Assembly (NCBI GenBank): GCA_965655095.1
Contig: OZ296650.1
Span: forward strand, 133,920,001 to 133,984,000
Origin: Haplodiscus bocki
Lineage: Eukaryota
DNA: 64,000 nucleotides
Direction: 5' to 3'
Shown: piece after piece, positions 60,089 through 64,000 of the stretch
Layout: each line of letters opens with the position of its first letter
Position numbering within the stretch: the stretch's first letter is position 1
Made by a program: the position numbers and the translations under genes
Notes under the pieces: generated by a model
Database searches by the model: none
Seen by the model: only the letters and a program-made list of their open reading frames with translations
What the model was told of the DNA's origin: nothing

Positions 60089-61031
60089 TTCTTAAAAAAT
60101 GCAAAAGGATGTGTTTCAAACGAGGAAGTACACGATAAAAAACACAAGTCAAGATTTGCAGTCTGATTTCTCTCAAACGGAAAAACGCCCAATGAACAAA
60201 GAAAAATTTTTGATGAAAGAAAACTTTAGAAAATCCGTTTTTTTATTAAAGCCTAGCAACTCTTCAGTCCCGTCTATGGTACACTTTGTCTGGAATCAAC
60301 TGAATCTGCAGTCATTTATCGGGTGTGTCCTCAAAACAGTTTTCCACTCCAAGTCAAAAATTGGTCGCATACCGAAAACATATAAATTGAAACACAGATA
60401 GTACATTAAACTGAATTTCCTCTGAACTATTTCTATTTCCAAAAACAAAACAATTTACAACAGATTCCAGTAAAAAAACCTGCATGCCAAAAGGATATAA
60501 ACAAAATGCCAAAAAAGCGTTCAGCTTCAAATAACATCATCAAATGTAAAATCATAGTTCAACTAAATGAATGCAATATTGCCAATTCATTTTTTACATT
60601 TAAAAACCATATGGCAGCACAAATAGTGCAATTAAACAATAACACCAAATCATGACAGAAATGACCGCATTACAAATATTCACGCGGTGTTAAAACACCG
60701 ACGGACTTCCTAATCATCAAGTTATCTTCATGGAGCTCGCGGTAATTGATGCCTATGCCGATTCGTGAAACTCACATCTGTTTCTTTTGACCTGCAAGAA
60801 ACAGATAATCTTGAAATAGTTCGCAGAGGACTTGCTTGTTTTCACGATGAATCGTGAAAACAAGCAAGTGCTGTTATTGAAGCATAAAAAACTCTCCAGT
60901 TAACTCTTCCAACTCCGGATTTGGTTACCAAAAACTTTAAACTATTGACACTGAGTAAAGTGAATATGTTATGCACGAAATTTGTATCTACTCACTTGGT
61001 TCGGATGTTAAATGCATCAACCGTGTAATCA

Positions 61032-61685
61032 CTAACGTTCCGGTTTTCTTTCAAAAATTGTGGCAAAAATATGTTGCTGCTTATCTTCGAAATTGTCAAT
61101 AAAACAGAAACCAAAAACTAAAACACTAACTTTGTTTCGGAGATTATTGCGTCTATTGCGGCACCGACGCAAAGTCAAATCCTGCAAACCATTGTTCAAC
61201 AGTGTTCTGGATAGCATATGATTCTCTAACAAGCTATTCAGGTGCAGATCGTTACTTTCATCAAGTAAAAGTTTGTACCGTTTTGATAGAATCGATTTCA
61301 TTTTCAAAAAAATAATTCCTGTTGGACAATTTTCCAAGAGCTCGTTTAAATTATGCGCTCCTGATCGTGGTAAGTAGGAAAAAGCCACGACATTGAATTT
61401 TCTCAAGTACGCCAGTTTACTGAAAAAAGCCTCAGGACTCATTGCCGGATTCTTCTTGCTTGACAAAGAGTTATTGACAGCATCATGCCAAATGATAACC
61501 TTTCTTCCATTAGTGTTGCAGGAATTCGATTGAAGAAGATAACAAATGTTTTTTTCTGGTTGGTAGTTATTTAGCGAAGCACCAGAAATTGCACAAAATT
61601 GTGACTTGAAAGGATCAAAGAGGTAAGGTTTCTCCTGAGCTGCCCAATAAAGGGAAGAGGCCGCCAAAACAAAATATTCAGACAT
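61032..61685 (-). CDS. SGNH-hydrolase-like protein (217 aa)
   Basis: Near-identical to the B1 copy. Confidence 0.65.
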   Translation of the reverse strand: MSEYFVLAASSLYWAAQEKPYLFDPFKSQFCAISGASLNNYQPEKNICYLLQSNSCNTNGRKVIIWHDAVNNSLSSKKNPAMSPEAFFSKLAYLRKFNVVAFSYLPRSGAHNLNELLENCPTGIIFLKMKSILSKRYKLLLDESNDLHLNSLLENHMLSRTLLNNGLQDLTLRRCRNRRNNLRNKVSVLVFGFCFIDNFEDKQQHIFATIFERKPER

Positions 61686-63026
61686 AACAACCGGAAACCG
61701 AAAGACAATGTATTATGAAAACAAACAAACGAACGAAACATACTTTATATTGTTTACTTTGCAATTAGAAAAACCTACTCAAACTCCAGAATCTCCTTTC
61801 ATTCATGTCATTTGCTTATTAGAACAAAAACGAAGTCAAACAAAAATTCACAACGGTCACACAGCTACAGAGTCGTCAATACGGTCAAAAATCAGAAATG
61901 TTCTTTGAGGAAAGGAAATTTTATAAAAAATACAATAGCCACATACCCGAAGAATGAAAATCTCACTCAAACAACTCGATATGCACGAAATAAGAGCCCC
62001 TCTTTAATCGCTGCAAAGAAGTACATAGTGGTGAAACACTTCAATTCACAAAAGTAACGATAATAAAAAAGCTTCTCATAAAACAAATGATAGAGCGTTT
62101 AATGACTTGAAAGAAAAAGTGTTCACAGCTTCCGTAACAAGGAATATGGAATGGATTTGAAAGGTGCCGCGCTACAAATGAACTCCGCTGCTATCTCTTT
62201 ATGTTTCCAGGCCAGTTTGTAGAACATGGGTTGCTGGACAACCAACTCATATACGTTCATCTAACAAACAACATTCTAATTGAGAACTTGCGTCGGCGGT
62301 TGCTGAGCAACCAGCAAAACAAAACATGAAAGCTAAATTGCCTCCGTCAGCTATAAAAAAAATAAATCATTATATGAGTCAGAATTAACATCTAAAACAG
62401 CTCACAGTCAGTGATACAATCACAAAACATAAACAGCAATGTCACATTGTAGAAACCCCGTCACATTCTCTTGCAGTTGACAATTTTTTCAATAAATTTC
62501 TGCACTGATTACCGAACAAAAAGTTAAACCCCTATAGCGTCTGAAATATTGGAAACAATCTCCCAAAAACATCAAAACAGCTCCTTCAGTGTAATTACAG
62601 ACACATGTCAAAACAAATTATGGCGGAAAAGGATTGTATGATTCTTTCAATTACCGTGTGATATAATTGTGTACGTTATTCCATAAAGTATCATAGCATA
62701 AAAGTTCGATCACGAATCTAAACAAAGTTACTCAGTGAGTCCAATGAAAAGGTGATAAAAATGAAAACGACATCCCGTTACAAAATTAATCTTCCAACTA
62801 TTACAACACATCCTCTTTTTCAAAGGTTGGCTCAAAACCAACAGCAAACAATGGCAAAGAATCAAATCAATCAACATGATTGGCTACAAAAATTATTTGC
62901 TGAAAAGTTGGTTTCGGACAAACCAATGTTCAGGAATACTTTTGAAATACAATCGGTTTTCTCGATGGCAGTTTTACAAAAGTCTAAATCGTTGTAGACA
63001 ATTACATATGAACAATCAAATAAACA

Positions 63027-64000
63027 CTAAAAATTCTGCATGCAATCACATTCCAGGGCTGTTTCGATACCTGTAACTTTATACAAATCCATAAGAACAT
63101 GGCATTCTGACAACTAATCTGCAAGCGTTAGCATCACATTCGAATATTTGTGATTAACCATTGCTCTTTGCCAATCCTGTTCGAAAGAGTAACGGCTTCG
63201 GGAAACAGCGTTGGAAAACCCCGTCACGTAAGCAACTAAAGCCCAGGGTCTTCTTTCAACAGGCTTTGTAAATGCGCTCCCATTTCCCGAATTATGCTCC
63301 TGCAATCGTCGCCGCAACGTCTTACAGCTTCCAATGTAAAAAAGTTCCCTGCGTTTAACGCTCACCAACAAATAACAGTAACCAATTGCCGAAAGGGGTA
63401 CATCAAAAACACGTAAGGGAAAGGGATAAAATGTCTGGATCGCTGAAACACCGGAATTACAACTGCCACGAGACGACAAAAAGTTATCTATCAAAGGTAC
63501 CAAATGGCTATCTTTGCGGCAAAGAAGATTAATTGCATCAAGTGTACGCTGCTTGTCACCGACAAACGTTATATGGGAAAGATCAGTGACCCGACTAACA
63601 ACTACATAAAGCTGCTCTTTCAGCCAGTAGGAAAATTTTTTACCACCAACAATCTGTGTTGCCAAGCTTGGAACAGTGTCACCCATTATTTTGTGAACCG
63701 TTGACGCCACATACATTTTCAAAGGAAACTGAACACGTCTGCAAACGGTAGAATTGCTATACTTATGGAGAACGCCAATTCTTTTACGAACAACTACAAG
63801 TCTCCAGGAATTAACGTCCGGGTTATTAGATGACACAGACCTTACTCCGGCTGGTGCAACTCTCACAACAATATGAGGATCATTTTCATCGAACGATTCA
63901 ACTAAACACAATTGTCCCTGGAACAGTTTCAGCGATGGCAAATTGCAAGTTAAGCGCAATACACACCCAACATGTATAAACAAAGACTCTGGCTCAAGGC
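63027..64000 (-). pseudogene. 3' part of family B polyprotein copy 3 (helicase C-terminus and GIY-YIG), with a premature stop near the C-terminus
   Basis: TAC>TAG at 63114-63116 removes the last 29 residues. The GIY-YIG core is retained, so the protein may still function. Confidence 0.75.

Larger units (their letters stand above)
57950..64000 (-). mobile_element. Helitron-like element, family B copy 3 (runs off the window), near-identical to B1
   Basis: Constant offset of 30041 bp from B1 with only scattered substitutions. Confidence 0.92.

Noticed and set aside
2650-63116. Alternative genetic code (TAA/TAG = Gln) explaining the in-frame stops
   Set aside because: Only three stops align to Gln. 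Others align to Trp, Leu, Gly or Tyr, one is TGA, and TAG terminates intact ORFs.
1-64000. Endogenous virus, Polinton or phage; canonical TC...CTAG Helitron; tRNA/rRNA genes
   Set aside because: No recognisable capsid, polymerase or integrase, no TC/CTAG termini at the junctions, and no recognisable structural RNA genes.

Overview
The whole 64 kb is a head-to-tail, mixed tandem array of rolling-circle (Helitron-like) transposons, almost certainly from a eukaryote (inferred from domain content). No host genes or RNA genes are recognisable. The order is family A copy 1 (<1-10041), three ~1.04-kb non-autonomous units S1-S3 (10042-13173), family A copy 2 (13174-27908) and family B copies 1-3 (27909-42914, 42915-57949, 57950->64000). 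All seven junctions carry the identical 18-mer TGACCACCCAGTGGAGGC, preceded by a homologous ~0.6-kb module with CGTCAT iterons and GC hairpins, although the gene cassettes of A (+ strand) and B (- strand) point in opposite directions relative to that module. Both families encode an intronless ~2700-2800 aa polyprotein (Zn fingers, OTU protease, probable degenerate USP fold, HUH Rep, PIF1-like helicase, C-terminal SLX1-like GIY-YIG nuclease) and a ~330 aa putative OB-fold/Zn protein. Family B adds a 2A-like (StopGo) leader before an NLS and an SGNH-hydrolase-like gene. Only B copy 1 has an intact polyprotein. The leading candidate for a new system is a divergent, self-targeting rolling-circle element group in which different families and minis stack into one shared 18-bp site. 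Domain calls come from motif recognition by eye, not from database searches.
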